A DNA stretch of 64,000 nucleotides from Felis catus (GCF_018350175.1 NC_058368.1:216320001-216384000), one strand, 5' to 3'. Positions 50,093 to 63,555 are shown, counted from the stretch's first letter. A program made the numbers and translations. The notes: generated by a model from the letters alone, not told the origin.

Positions 50093-51266
50093 AGAGCAGT
50101 TTTAAGTAGATAACCAAATTGGGCAGAAAGTACAAAGTTCTCATTCACTCCCTTTCTCCACCCTACACTCAGTCTTTCCCCACTATCTACATCCTTCACT
50201 ACAGTGATACATTTGTTAAAATTGATTAATCTACTTTGACACATCAGTATCACCCTAAATCCAAAGTTTGTATTAAGATTCACACATGGTATTGTATGTT
50301 TTATGGGTTTGAAAAAATGTTTAACGGGTGTACCCCATTGCAAAGTCATACGGAACAGTTTCACTGCTCCCCAAATCCTCTGTGCTCTGTGAATTCATCC
50401 CTTCCTCCCCAGATCCCTTGACAGATACTGATTAAGTTTTCCATAATTTTTCCATCTCCAGAATATCATGCTGTTGAAATCATACAGAATGCAGCCTTCT
50501 CAGATAGCATTCTTTTGCTTTGTATAAATACACATTTGCTTGATAACACATTTCTTTTTAGTACTGAATATATGAATACAGCTATAAACATCTGTGTGCA
50601 GGTTATTTTGCGTAGACTTAACTTCTGTTCCTTTGGGTAAATGCACGGGAGCACCATTATTGGCTCATATGGTAAGAGGATGTTTAGTTTTGTAAGAAAC
50701 GGCCAAACTGTCTTACAAAGTGGGTGAACCACGTTTCATTCCCACCAGCAATGAATGAGAGCTTCTATTGTTGCACATTCCTGCCAACCTTGAGTAATGT
50801 CACGTTATAAATGTGGCCTTTTTAATACACACATAGCAGTATCTCACTGTTGTTTTAATTTCCATTTCCCTAATGACGTATGATGTGGAACATTCTTTCA
50901 TATGTGCATTTGCCATCTATATGTCTTCTTTGGTGACCTATCTGTTCAGCTCTTTGGCCTATTTTTAAATCAGATAGATTCCTTTCTTATTGTTGAGTTT
51001 TAAGAAATTTTTTGTCTATTTTGGATAACAGTCCTTTATCAGACATGTTTTTTTGCAAATATTTTCTCCAAGTCACTGGCTTGTTGTCTTATTCTCTGGA
51101 CAGGGTCTTTCACAGAACAGAAGTTTTTAATTTTAATGAATTGTGGCTTATCAATTGTTTCTTTCATGGAACATGCTTTTGATGTTTTATCTAAAAAATC
51201 CATTGCAGTACTCAAGGTCATCTAGAATTTCTCCTGTACTATCTTCTAGGAGGTTTATAGTTTTGA

Positions 51267-51478
51267 GTCTTTTTTTTTTAATGTTTACTATTTTTGAGAG
51301 AGAGAGACAAAGAATGAGTGGGGGAGCAGCAGAGAAAGAGAGATACACAGAATCCGAAGCAAGTTCCAGGCTCCGAGCTATCAACAAAGAGCCCAATGTG
51401 GACTGGAACTCACGAACTGTGAGGTCAAGACCTGAGCCAAAGTCGGACCCTTAATCAACTGAACCACTCAGGCACCCC
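51267..51478 (-). mobile_element. CanSINE
   Basis: TSD tatagttttga at 51256-51266 and 51479-51489. Confidence 0.94.
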
Positions 51479-51537
51479 TATAGTTTTGATTCTTAAAATT
51501 TAGATCAATGACCCATTTTGAGCTAATTTCTGTGAAG

Positions 51538-51878
51538 GATTGATTTTATTTTTTCTTTTTGCATGTGGATGTCCCATTGTTCCAGTGCCATATTTTGAAA
51601 AGATTATCTTTCTTCCATTGTATTTCCTTTGCTCTTTGTCAAAGATTAGTTGCCTATATTTATGCAGTCTACTTCTGGGCTCTGGGTTCCATCCCAGTTA
51701 TCCGTTTAGATTGATTTTATTTTTTCTTTTTGCATGTGGATGTCCCATTGTTCCAGTGCCATATTTTGAAAAGATTATCTTTCCTCCATTGTATTTCCTT
51801 TGCACTTTGTCAAAGATTAGTTGCCTATATTTATGCAGTCTACTTCTGGGCTCTGGGTTCCATCCCAGTTATCCGTTT
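51538..51878. repeat. Tandem duplication, 171-bp period, 2 copies
   Basis: 51538-51707 vs 51709-51878; two substitutions seen. Confidence 0.96.
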
Positions 51879-52732
51879 GTCTATTTTGTCACTAATGCAT
51901 TACTGTCTTGATTACTCTAGCTTTAAGGTAAGTCTTAAAAGTCTGATAATGTCAGTGCTCTATCTTTGTTCATGTATTTTTATGTCACAGTTGGCTATTT
52001 TGGGTCTTCTGCCTCTCCATATAAACTTTAAAATCACTTTTTCAGGGAGTAACTTGCCAGGATATTGGTTGGGATTGCATTGAATCTATAGATTGAGTAA
52101 CATCTACTTTTTAAAGTAAATATGACAAGACTTCCTCTTTTGTACTTATGTAATACTGCTATTTTTATAATTTCAAAAGTAATGAAGTTTCCTTGAAATT
52201 ATTTTTCATATATACATAAAAAGGAATATTAAATTAACTATAATTTTATGACCATGCTATGAAACAAGTCAGGAAATAAGTCCACTGGTTTTAGAATAGT
52301 CAGCACAGCATGTATTCACACTTAAGTGACTTTTGAAAATGAAGAAAGAAGTATTCTATTTGCACACCATACCTTTTCTATTGATAATATATTAGAGAGC
52401 CCAATTTTATCATAAGGACTAATAGATAAAATAGATTACATAACTACGCTCAGTAAAATTGTAAAGTACCTCAAAGCACGTTTAGTCTTTGAAAAAGATT
52501 AAAGGGATTTTTGCATTCCTCAAAGCAGCTGATAGTAATGTGCTAATTCATACATAAACTTACTTTAGCACATTAGATTTTTCATCATTATATATTCACA
52601 AAAGACGTTGGTGTTATAAGTAAAAATGAAGACACAAAATACACACTTTTACCTGTCCTGAGCAGGAGACAGCACTGTAAGTCCAAATCACCCTAACCAA
52701 TTTTTGTATGCATTTTAAATATGGTACATGTT

Positions 52733-52954
52733 GGGGCGCCTGGGTGGCGCAGTCGGTTAAGCGTCTGACTTCAGCCAGGTCACGATCTCGCGGTCCGGGA
52801 GTTCGAGCCCCGCGTCAGGCTCTGGGCTGATGGCTCGGAGCCTGGAGCCTGTTTCCGATTCTGTGTCTCCCTCTCTCTCTGCCCCTCCCCCATTCATGCT
52901 CTGTCTCTCTCTGTCCCAAAAATAAATAAAAAATGTTGAAAAAAAATTAAAAAA
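52733..52954 (+). mobile_element. Young felid SINE (SINEC_Fc-type)
   Basis: CpGs intact; TSD aaatatggtacatg at 52717-52730 and 52955-52968. Confidence 0.97.
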
Positions 52955-53559
52955 AAATATGGTACATGCAAGCATGAGAAGACAATGTCTAGCCTCAACC
53001 ATAGCATTCAATTAGTTTCATATAATTTTTTATTGTTTCTTTATTTCTTAAACAAAAAGTCATCAAACATCACTATTTCTTTCTCACTGTCACATCCTCA
53101 TCCCACAGTGTTATGAGCCTGAGTAATTACTGAAAAGAGACATTGGGGGTGTCTTAGTTTGCCCTGCTAAATCTTGTTCTTAAATTGAGCATTAGGTCCA
53201 TAATCAAAAAGATTTTTAAAACATTGGGCAGACCATAATATCAATTTTCTTTCTTCACACTCATCAAAAACTAGTAGGAAAAAAAAAATGGAGAATAAAA
53301 TAGCATTCATCCTAACTTACCCCAACATTATTGAAATTATAATGATTTAAAAGAGCATGAAAATTAAGCAAAAAGATGTGCATTGAGCCACAATATATGC
53401 GTTTACTTGTGACTGTAGGCAAATTACCAACATTCCTGAAAGAAAGCCTAAGAAATGGTGGTAATAGCTTTTATCTTATTAATTATATTATCAGAAACCA
53501 TAGAACAATCAATACCTGCCTCTATGATTTCTGGATGTCATTAGACGTTCCCATTGGTC

Positions 53560-53760
53560 GGGACACCTCGGTGGTTCAGTCAGTTAAGTGTCCAACTCTT
53601 GGTTTCAGTTCAGGTCATGATCTACAATTCATGAGTTCAAGCCCTGCGTGGGGCTCTCTCTCTCTCTCCCTCTCTCTCTGCCCCTCCCCTGCTTGTGCTC
53701 ACTCTGCTCTCTCAAAATAAATAAATAAAGTTGAAAATAAAAAATTAAAATAAATAAAAG
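53560..53760 (+). mobile_element. CanSINE (internally shorter form)
   Basis: TSD tcccat(t/c)ggtc at 53549-53559 and 53762-53772. Confidence 0.92.
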
Positions 53761-54139
53761 CTCCCATCGGTCAACATATAAACTTGATATTTTTAAAGTC
53801 ATATATTCTTACCTTTGTCTCACACTATTCTCACCCTGAATTATAAAGATGAAATAAAACTCAAGAGTATATAATGAAGTCAACAAAAATCTTTTTTTAT
53901 AAAGAATAGTATATTTTTGAAAATCCATCCTGAATATATAACTTTTTCTACCTCTCATACGGAACAAACAAAAATATCATCTCACCCCCCACGTGGGGTT
54001 CAGTTTAGGCTTCTTAAAATCAGTGCAATTTCATGAGCTCATGATATGATCTCCCCATTTTCTATAATATGCATATTGTACTTAATCAAAAAATAATACA
54101 TTCTTCACATTTATTATAAACATATCTGAAATACACATT

Positions 54140-54480
54140 TGTTTATTCATTGATTTATTCAATAAATACTTATTAAAAACTGGTTAAGGGCTAGTCACTG
54201 TGCTATACCCTGGTGGTACCGAAGAGATCATGACAGTGTCCAACCTGCGCTGCCTGTATAGAATTCACAGTCACATTAGTTAAATAAGTATTTAACCAAA
54301 GAAATCAACCCAATTGTATTAAATGCCACTTACCAGGGTATGAGATAAGGGATAAAATGGAATGCCTGAAGGAATAAGAAAGACATTTCTGGCAAACTGA
54401 CACTGAGAGTGACCTACAAAGGTCAGCTAAAATGTGCCATAAGCAAGAAGGAAGATAATGAATCATGAAAAAAAGAATAA
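54140..54480 (-). mobile_element. L2 3' fragment
   Basis: ttattcattgatttattcaataaatacttattaa..gtcactgtgcta. Confidence 0.6.
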
Positions 54481-54984
54481 TAATGAAAGTTACATAAAAG
54501 CATACACTACTTTTATATATTTTTAAAAACTGTTTTCTGGATCATAGCATTTTTCTGTTTATTTTCCAATCAGATTCTATAAAAATTTATGGGTTTATAT
54601 TATTGTTTTCCACAAAGCCTGTTGAATCCTTGAGTCCTTTCCTTATGTTCCAGATCTCCCTAAACATATACTATGGCAAATATGCCTGTAGTGCATGGAG
54701 GAAACCCCCCCAAAGATACAGATTCCTGTTCAAGAAGCCTCCAAACTGTCCAAATGAATATAATATGAATTCTCAAAGATTAAATCAAGGAAGCCAACTG
54801 AAAAAGCAAAAGCCTGCTATGACCTGTAGAGGAAAAATATATTGTGTGAATAATTCCTTCACCTAGTCAACCGTTTAATGTATTCCTGATATAACATGTA
54901 GTAATAATAGCAAAAAGAAAAAAAAAGAAGTTATTGGAGTATAACAATTCAGTTTAAGCACTTAACCTGTACGCAGTGTCCCTG

Positions 54985-55016
<32 letters not shown>

Positions 55017-55042
55017 CTCAATAAGATTACATCACTGAATAG

Positions 55043-55270
55043 TCAGTATGGTTCACGGGTTAAGAACTTGGATTCTTCTAATCAGACATATTTCTGGGCT
55101 TTGCTGCATCCCATTTGAACAATGTGACCCCGAACGAGTTACTTTAATCAAAATGATCTTTGTCAGTAAGTTGAGAAAAATATTAGATCTTACAACTGAA
55201 ATAAGCTTTGTAAAAGTGAAATGTAAATCAATTAGCATAGTGCCTACCACAAAAGTGTTCAATATATGCA
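55043..55270 (+). mobile_element. MIR
   Basis: cagtatgg..ggttaagaacttgga..tgtgacc..agttacttt..ttagcatagtgcct..gtgttcaata. Confidence 0.7.
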
Positions 55271-57118
55271 AGATGGAAAATTCATTTTGTATAAAAAAAA
55301 TCACTGAAAATGCTGTATACAATTTCACAGGTGCACTAACATAGTTTAATTTACCATTCCTTCATTGTGAAACATTTCGGATGTTTGCTTTCATGGTAGA
55401 TGTGAAAAATATGTAATAAATGTCATTTACGGATCTTCAGGCATCAATGCTTTGTACGGTTATATTTGTGGTTATTTACTCTGAGTAGTTTATGCAGTAT
55501 AGTATGTGGTATTGCTAAGCTTCTCATACATACTGAAAATGTATCAATAAGCCACATGATTGCAGCTCACCCTGCCATTGACAATGGTGAGCGAAATGTA
55601 CTTTACCATTTCTGTCATAACCCTGAATATTCATGTGCTTTGTGTCCAATTTAGCCTCTCTCGCTTGATAGATAAAAATGATATCGCGTCATTTTCATTT
55701 AAACATTTTGAACAGTAATAAAGTTGAACAGTTTCCCGAAAGTCATATTTGAAATTTGAGAAGACATTTAAAAAATAGCATGTTGTTATTATGCTCTCTG
55801 TAGATGAAGTTCGGAAGACGCAGTTCTCGTGTTGTACCACTTGACTGCCACCTTTAAAAATTAATTACTTTTTGTTTATACTTCTTCTTCTTAGATTACA
55901 ATAAATCGTGCCATTCATGCAAGTTCTTACCGAGACTTAATTGCTTCTTTGAAAGGTTTGGCAGATCCATCAAGCCAGTTCATTAATGCACAGATGATTC
56001 CTTAACATTAAGAAAGACACATTGGAACATCACAAATGTCAAGTCAGTTATTACGCACAAAAAGCAGAAAATGGCAACCATCGAAAGGTGAGCCCTAATT
56101 CAGTCGGGACCAAAAATAAAACTGCAGTGATCGCTCAGTGTAATGATGGAGTAATGTTAGATTATTTTAAGGTCATGCAAGGAGAATCTTTCATTTGTCA
56201 ACTGTGTTCCTTTGTGGAGGGATTTTTTTCAGTGCCTCATGGTTCCGTTCACAAGTCAGTCTGAAAGGAACAGTGGATTTTACCACCGCAATTCATTTCT
56301 TGCCCCAACATATATTGGGTAAAGCATTTTTTTTCCAAACCCATGTAGGTGTGTGCCTTTCCTTTTGTTTTTTTAGAGCTCAAAGAATGAAATTTCAAAT
56401 ATTATTATATATTTTAAGAGTAGACAAAATGCACTAAAAGTAATGATAAAAGAATAAAGATAGAGGTTTAGAAATTCAGACTTACCTCTGAGTCTGAATT
56501 CTGAAAGGGCTGAACATTTTCATAATACTTCATTCAACACTAAAAATCTCCAATTACTTCTCATGTGTTTAAACACTAACTTATGCATTGATGTGTACAT
56601 TTATCTGTTTCATCTGCCTTTAACTGAATAAGTAATGAATTAGAATTATATGCCAATGGTTAATCAAGGCACGCCTCCTCTTAACAACTTTGGAAAAGAT
56701 AACTTTTGTGATACCATTACAAAGTTATTAATTTAATTATGTCTATAAACACTTGAGTGAGGATGGTAGAAAGGAAACGAATCAAAATATCTATAACCTG
56801 TGTGCCAGAGATAGGCAAAAGAGGCAAAAATCCATATTTCTTCAGGGTTAAAATTTAGTGAGAATAGAAAGTCAACAAAATAAATATGTAAATGGTAAAC
56901 CGGGAGATGCATTCTCCGGAGAAAAGAAATGAAAATGGCAGATAGGAATTGAGACTTTGAAGTGAGTGTAATTTTATAAGGAGTAGTATAGAAACTCCTC
57001 CCCAAGAGTGTGATCCTTGGACGAAGCCATAAAATTTCTAGTGAAAAATTATTCCAGAGGGATGAACACATTCAAAGAAACTGTGACCTTAGAATTCTCA
57101 TATTTTTTGGGGAGGTGG

Positions 57119-57330
57119 GGGGGAGCGCCTGGGTGGCTCAGTTGGTTAAACGTCTGACTTCGGCTCAGGTCATGATCTCACAGTTTGAGTTTCAGCCCCA
57201 CGTCAGGCTCTGTGCTGACAGCTCAGAGCCTGGAGTCTGCTTTGGATTCTGTTTCTCCTCTCTCTGCCCCTCCCTGCTCACGCTCTGTCTCTCAAAAAAT
57301 GAATAAAGGTTAAAAAAATGTAAAAAAAAT
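57119..57330 (+). mobile_element. CanSINE
   Basis: gcgcctgggtggctcag head, CT tract, A tail. Confidence 0.95.
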
Positions 57331-59179
57331 ATAATTATTTTTTCCTATGAAAAGAGGTAGACCAATTTTACTGGAGTACAATGAATAATTGCCAGGAAAA
57401 ATAGGACATGAGATGAGAAGTTAATGGGAAAGAAACGTCAGTTTTAATTAAACCCATAGTTTGGTGTGGCAAGCAAATATTTTCATTGATTCCAATTTTT
57501 CACAATGTTTTATTCCAATAATCTTTAAACAGTTGAAGTAGTAAAATTAAGTTACTTTCATTTATAAGCATTAAAATTATAAACTCAAAACAAGTTTATA
57601 AGTAAGACACAGGCAATATTGAAAATTATATAATTCTAATTGGCAATACAAATTCAATGTGAAAAATGCTTTTGGCTAAAGTTAAATGTTGAACAGTGAG
57701 GTGTAGTGAGATGATTTTTCTAGTGGAAGAATCAATTGTTTTTATATCAATTGTTTATATTAGCTCTTTTTCTGAATATGGTGAAAAATATTTACACTAT
57801 CACTTTTTGTCTTTGTTGCCTTATTTTTTGAAGAGTGAAGTCACATTCATCATATATAAGTCATTTGGATGAGTTAATTTAATGTCATAAAATGAGATAC
57901 TGAAGTTCAAAGTAGTATTTAAATGTTTCCCCATAATTATTTGTAACTGACTTTCATAATAATAAAAAAAATGGAGTTCAAGTTCAAATATGCAAAACCA
58001 GAATCTGAGTAATGCTTAAACTCTTCATGTGACTTTGTCACTCACTATACCATTTACATACTTTTGACCTTGTCCTAAATATGCTGGTATGTAATGGCTT
58101 AAGGTGACATAATTTTTAGAATATTTGGTCTTAAATTGTGGTAAAAATGTCCTTTGTGCAGCCACTCCTTATCTCATTGATATCTACCGTGTTTAAAAGT
58201 AATCATAAATTCAAAAGCAAACACACCTGTGGGCACTAAATTCATTTACTTTGCCTTGTTATTATAATAGCCATTTGGATGACTTAGAATGTAGTGTAGT
58301 GATTTTGTTAGATTAGGATTGAAACCAAACAAAAACCTGTTTTTTTAAAGTCTCAATGAACTAAAACTTGCCAAGAAATATGTCACTTACAGAGTCCTCT
58401 AGCGACCCTCCAAGTTTGTGGATTCTTATTCGAGAACATGTGGTCTGTTCTCTTAGCTAGAGTTGGATGTTTTTCCTTTAGACTTGAAATAAAAGGTACT
58501 GGGCTGAAAGTCTTACACCATCAAGCACTCTCCAGTCAAGTTGTCAAATTGTCTTCAATATATTTTCCTTGATAAGATAATAGCAAAAAAGAAATAAAGC
58601 CCATTTTTTGAATTAACCTTCTGGGGAGTAAGATAAAAAGAGAGATCTAATGAAGATTAAACCAATGGTACATAACATAAAGCGTTGGCCTTTGAACTCC
58701 TAGTCCAGCAGCTGTTTTTCAAGAAGTAATCTGTAACATTTGCAACACTAAAATCCTCACCGTGGTGACTAAATTAAAATCCACATAGACTCTTCTAGCT
58801 CTTACCATTGGATAGTTAAAGTAGCAGCGGAAGCACAAGGGAATCTGACACTTCATTAGGCAGTGGTTAGACAAAAACACAGGTAGACTAAAAAGCCACA
58901 AGTTTCTTTAGACTTCTAAAAAAGGTGAAATCATGACATCTAGAATTATGCCCAGTAGTACAACTCAAAAGTTAATTTATCAGTACCTGAATAAAACATG
59001 ACTTAATATAAAACAGCTCAAATACAACATCAAACCTAAAAATTCAGAATAGTTAATAAACATAACACTATAAGATTAATTTTAATAAAATTTTTGTGAA
59101 TTATGCAGCTCCTTGCAATGCAATTAATATGTTAAAAAATTGATCTATGTTTTGTCATGATTAGAACCATGGTGGTGGT

Positions 59180-59570
59180 CACAATATGCACTACACCTTT
59201 TGATTCTGTGATGGGAACCTGTAGGATTGGACGACTGATGGTTGGCCCTTGCTGGTTGATGTTGCTCACATGATCTGCTTAGGTCAATGAAATTTGAGAA
59301 GGGATGTGGTTCTGAATAGAAGTTTTAATAGCCAGTACATAATATGCCATCCTCTTTCCCTCTGCCATTATAACCAGCAATATTCTAGATAGTAACTGCT
59401 TTTTCACCCTGGGCCCCAGAATGCAGAAGATGGGAAGCAGAGCTCTCAGCCTGCCCAAAACGAACATGGAGCACAGAAAAGAAAGAAACCTCCATTGTTT
59501 TACACTTCGGATTGTGTACTCATTTGTGTCTTGCCAAAGCACATCCCCAAGGCTGCTAATTGGATGCAAC
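59180..59570 (+). mobile_element. MaLR LTR (MLT1J/K-like)
   Basis: ggtcaatgaaat..agaagttttaatagccag..ctctttccctctgcca..aagaaacctccattgtttta. Confidence 0.7.
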
Positions 59571-60935
59571 CAGTATTTGTGAAGCATCTTTTACAACTAT
59601 TTTCATTCTAAATATTTGCAAGACTTTGTACTTTGTTACTTTTGAAGTATCCAACCATAAAATTAGAACTTCAAGTTCAAATCATGTCTATTTTATCAAA
59701 TAAGTTATGTAGTATATAATTGCATATGAAATACATAAAAACTTTCTGTTTTTGTTTTGGTTTTCATCTAAAAAATGTACTCTATTTTTTTATTTTTATT
59801 TATGTTTTATTTATAAAACATGGAATTTTATATTTATTCCAAAGATTCCTCTTTGGAAAAGCAGATCACATAAGTAACATGATTCTATGGTAGTGGTTTT
59901 CTGATTTATAACTGTTTAAATTAAAAGACAGCTTACATATATGAAGTATAGATCAAAACAAACAAAGGCCTAATCATTGGTCATTAGTTATAGAAAATGT
60001 TTAATTTGGTGTGTGTTTGTAGCCTGAGATATGGTAAGATCTATTATTATTACTACTTATTATTAATTTCCCTAGAATAGACAATGTTGCATCAACAATT
60101 TGTATCAAACCATTTTCTATCTCAATAGAATTATGGAATTATGGAAAAACGAGATTACATTCTTTATTAAATTTGAAAACAAGAGAAAAGTTGGAATAAG
60201 TGGGACCTACAATAAAAGCAGTATGGAGAGCACATAAATGTAAATTAAAATCATATGTAGAAATTAGTATCCAGAAACAATTATAATCAAAGTCTTCATA
60301 TCTATATCTTTATAAATGATTACAGATTTACTGGGTGATAAGGATCCCCATGATTATAAAACAAGTCAGAAGAACATCATTCTTCATCTGTCTGTGAATA
60401 ACACACACAAATATATACTGTTTAGAAGCAAGAATAACAGAACACAACAGAATCTGGGGTACAACTTCATTCACTTGAGTTGAAATGAACTGAAAAATGT
60501 GCTTCACAGACCGTCACTGAATATCATTATTGCCTGGGTAGAAGAGAGGAGGAGTTTTTCCAATCTCATCGTCTTTCTCTAACTTAGAAATGTAGAACGT
60601 AAGCCAACAGAAAAGAAAGTAATTAATTACAAGATTTACACATCCTCAAATTAGGGATGTTTAGCCAACCTTTCCATTTAACTTTACGCAACACAGGAGG
60701 GCTGTATGGATGTGACAGAAGCATACAGACCCTTCCTAGAGGAAGAGTACTGATGCTTACAGCCTAAGTAGTACTTCAGAGTGAAAATTATAATTCTGCA
60801 ACATAGAGTTTTTATTTAAAAAAAAAAAAAACTAAAGAGATTTTAAATTCACCGAAAGAATGGTGCACATTACAGATACCTGGAAAACTAAACATGGATT
60901 TCTTGGCCCACTTTTGACCTAAAGAATAACTTTTT

Positions 60936-61145
60936 GGGGCGCCTGGGTGGTTCAGTCGGTTGGGCATCTGACTTCTGCTCGGGTCATGATCTCGCCATTT
61001 CCGGGTTTGACTCCCGCGTCCGGCTCTGTGCTGGCAGCTCAGAGCCTGGAGCCTGTTTCAGATTCTGTGTCTCCCTCTCTGTCTGTCCCTCCCCTACTAG
61101 CACTCTGTCTCACTCTCTCCCAAAAATAAATAAACATTAAGAAAA
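60936..61145 (+). mobile_element. CanSINE inserted in a probable MER5-like relic (60860-61250)
   Basis: TSD aaagaataactttt at 60921-60934 and 61146-61159. Confidence 0.96.
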
Positions 61146-62871
61146 AAAGAATAACTTTTCTATTGTAAACCAAAGGAATGTAATTTTAATAAATGCGTCA
61201 AGTGATTCTGATATGCCCAGCAGATCACACCTTCACTGGACTAGAACTCACATCCGTGCATGGAGAAAACTTTCAATATAGTTAGAAAAAAAGCTCTCCT
61301 GGCTTTAGCTGTGCAATAAACTCACCTGAAGCTTTACACATAAGAGGAGGAAAAAGTGAACATAAGAGTTGCAGGAAGACAAATGAGATGCACAACCTAG
61401 ACACTGCCAAGGTTTTGCAAGAAAAAAGAAAAAAAAATGGAACAGAAGTTATCATTGACAAAATACTTCCTGGTTAAAAAATTACTTCCTGGTTTATCAG
61501 ACTTATTTGTGAAAATGTCACTATATTAAAAATAGAAGGTCTCATTTAAGGCTTACTATACATCGATCAAGATATTTTCAAGTTACTTGAATTCAAGAAT
61601 TTTATAATTCCACATATATAAAAAAAGGCCTTTTAAGAGGCAAGATTCCAGAAGTGTTCTTGGTGTTTTTATATACTGTGAGACTGGATGTAACTTGTGA
61701 CAGAATGATTCAAGTTGCTGAAAAAGTGGTTTCTGAAATTTATCTCCTCTACTTTGGGAATTGATAGCCGGATTTATCAAAATGCAAATTGCTAAGTCTG
61801 TTCTTATCATTGTTTATGGATACAAATTTATAAGAAGCTCACACATTGCGATGCAAAGCCCTTGATTTAATATGTATAATAGCAAGTAAGTAATTGGTCA
61901 ACAGAGGTAAGGTGCTCTCTTGAGTCATAAGGTCGGTCATCTCGTGATTCTGTTTCAGTTTTGTGTAGGCAAAGAGTTGTGAGTTCACACAATCCTGATA
62001 AAGGGAGTATATAAGAACGTAATTATTTGCCCTATTGCAGTGCTGAATGAGTCTGTTGAATAAACACCCAACCAAAAAATAACCACCGTGATCTGATAGA
62101 AAGCTTTGATGTAGAGAGACTTGTGAGAAACAATCTTCTGATAAAAACATAAGGACAATGAACCCTGGCCTTGAGGTGGTATTCACTCACATCTCAATAT
62201 AATTCATTGTGTTTTAGGATGTTTTATTTTACAGGATAAAAGTAAAAGTCTTGTGAACATGTGCAGTCATTAAGAAGAGGCTGGTTGTTATTTTGGAGGA
62301 AGCTGTTTGATCTTTGTCCTCTCATTAACCTCTTTTCGTATTTACTTTCTTGTGCTGCAACTGATGGTTTTATAATTTATTTTCCACTCCCTTTTATCTG
62401 GCCACTTGAGTAAAAATTAGGTCAGGGAAGACAGTTAAGCTTTTGATGTTGCTATAATAGGATAGAGTTTGACAGGTGAAAAAACCAAGGGAGGTCTAAT
62501 TCAAATTCATAGTGTATCTGACTAAAGCAAAATATAGGTCTCGCAAAGAAGAATTCAAACTACTAACTAAATATCTTGGCAATGCATATGTTAGGCTATG
62601 ATTGAAAATGCAAATGTCCTGAAGGAATTAGTTCATCAGTATGTACTTGTTTTGCATACTGGTCAATCCATTTGATCCAATTTGTAGGATAAATTTTTGA
62701 GAAATAACATTAAAATGATACAGGTCCAAAAATACACCAGAATTTAAATGTACTTAAGGAGTGCAAGATTCTTAAAATCATCTTCTTTCTAGTCAATGAT
62801 AAGAGTTATGACATATATATCTGAATAATTATTTTCATTTTTCCCTAATTAATGGCACATATACCAATGAG

Positions 62872-63410
62872 ATATATTAGTTTTAGCTGTAAAAAGTGAT
62901 GCATACATTTCAATGGTTTACCAAAAGAGCAACTGTTTTATTTTTCTCCACAAATCTGTTGGTCACTGGGCACCATTGGCAATCAGACTTAGTTTTGAAG
63001 GACCTCAGCTGGGTGCATTCATGTGTGTGTGGTAACACGATGGGTTAGTTAGGACTGTCTTGTCTTCAGTGGATTCACTCACATATCTTAGTGGTTGCTT
63101 TGTTGTTAGCTGGTGGGATCAAGTAGCTGGGTGTTGCATTTCTTACCCAATGATTCTAGCAGGCTAGCTTGGATTACTATTCCTGAAGCAATAAAGTTCT
63201 AAGAAGTCTAGCAGAAGTGTTCAAAGTTTCTCAATGCCCAACTTGAGAATTGGCACACTGCCATATTGGCCATAATCTAAAGGTCAAAGTAAGTCATAAA
63301 ACCAGAGCATATACAAGGAATAGGGAAAATAATCTTCTCTTGATGAGAGGAATTTCAAAGGTAAATTACAAGGAAGCGTGGATACAAGGAGGGCAATCAC
63401 TGCATAATTA
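62872..63410 (-). mobile_element. MaLR LTR (MLT1G/H-like)
   Basis: ttctccacaaatctgttggtca..tcagctgggtgcattcatgtgt..ttggcacactgccatattggcca..aagtaagtcataa. Confidence 0.68.
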
Positions 63411-63555
63411 TGTGTATGGGCATGTTTTGTGCATTTGTATAAGGGTGAGCATGTGTGACATCATTTTCTGGAAATAAGGAGGTAAGTGTGTAAGATGGGA
63501 TGGCAACAAAGCCTTCTCCTCTTTTGTTAGCATACAACTTTGAGCTTTGATTATT

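Larger units (their letters stand above)
50093..52097 (-). mobile_element. L1 (L1MB/MC-like) 3' end and ORF2, with a SINE insertion and an internal tandem duplication
   Basis: Minus ORFs resemble L1 ORF2 (VHPLCKTVWPFLTKLNILLPYEP; MKETIDKPQFIKIKNFCSVKD..LEKIFAK). Confidence 0.88.

Noticed and set aside
51538..51878. 171-bp period equal to the primate alpha-satellite monomer length
   Set aside because: Coincidence: the unit is L1 ORF2 antisense sequence and there are only two copies.
54988..55015. Poly-T run as a processed pseudogene tail
   Set aside because: No adjacent mRNA-like body and no convincing TSD.
56473..56500. Hairpin aattcagact-N8-agtctgaatt as a miRNA or terminator
   Set aside because: A 10-bp stem is too short for a pre-miRNA and is expected by chance in 64 kb.
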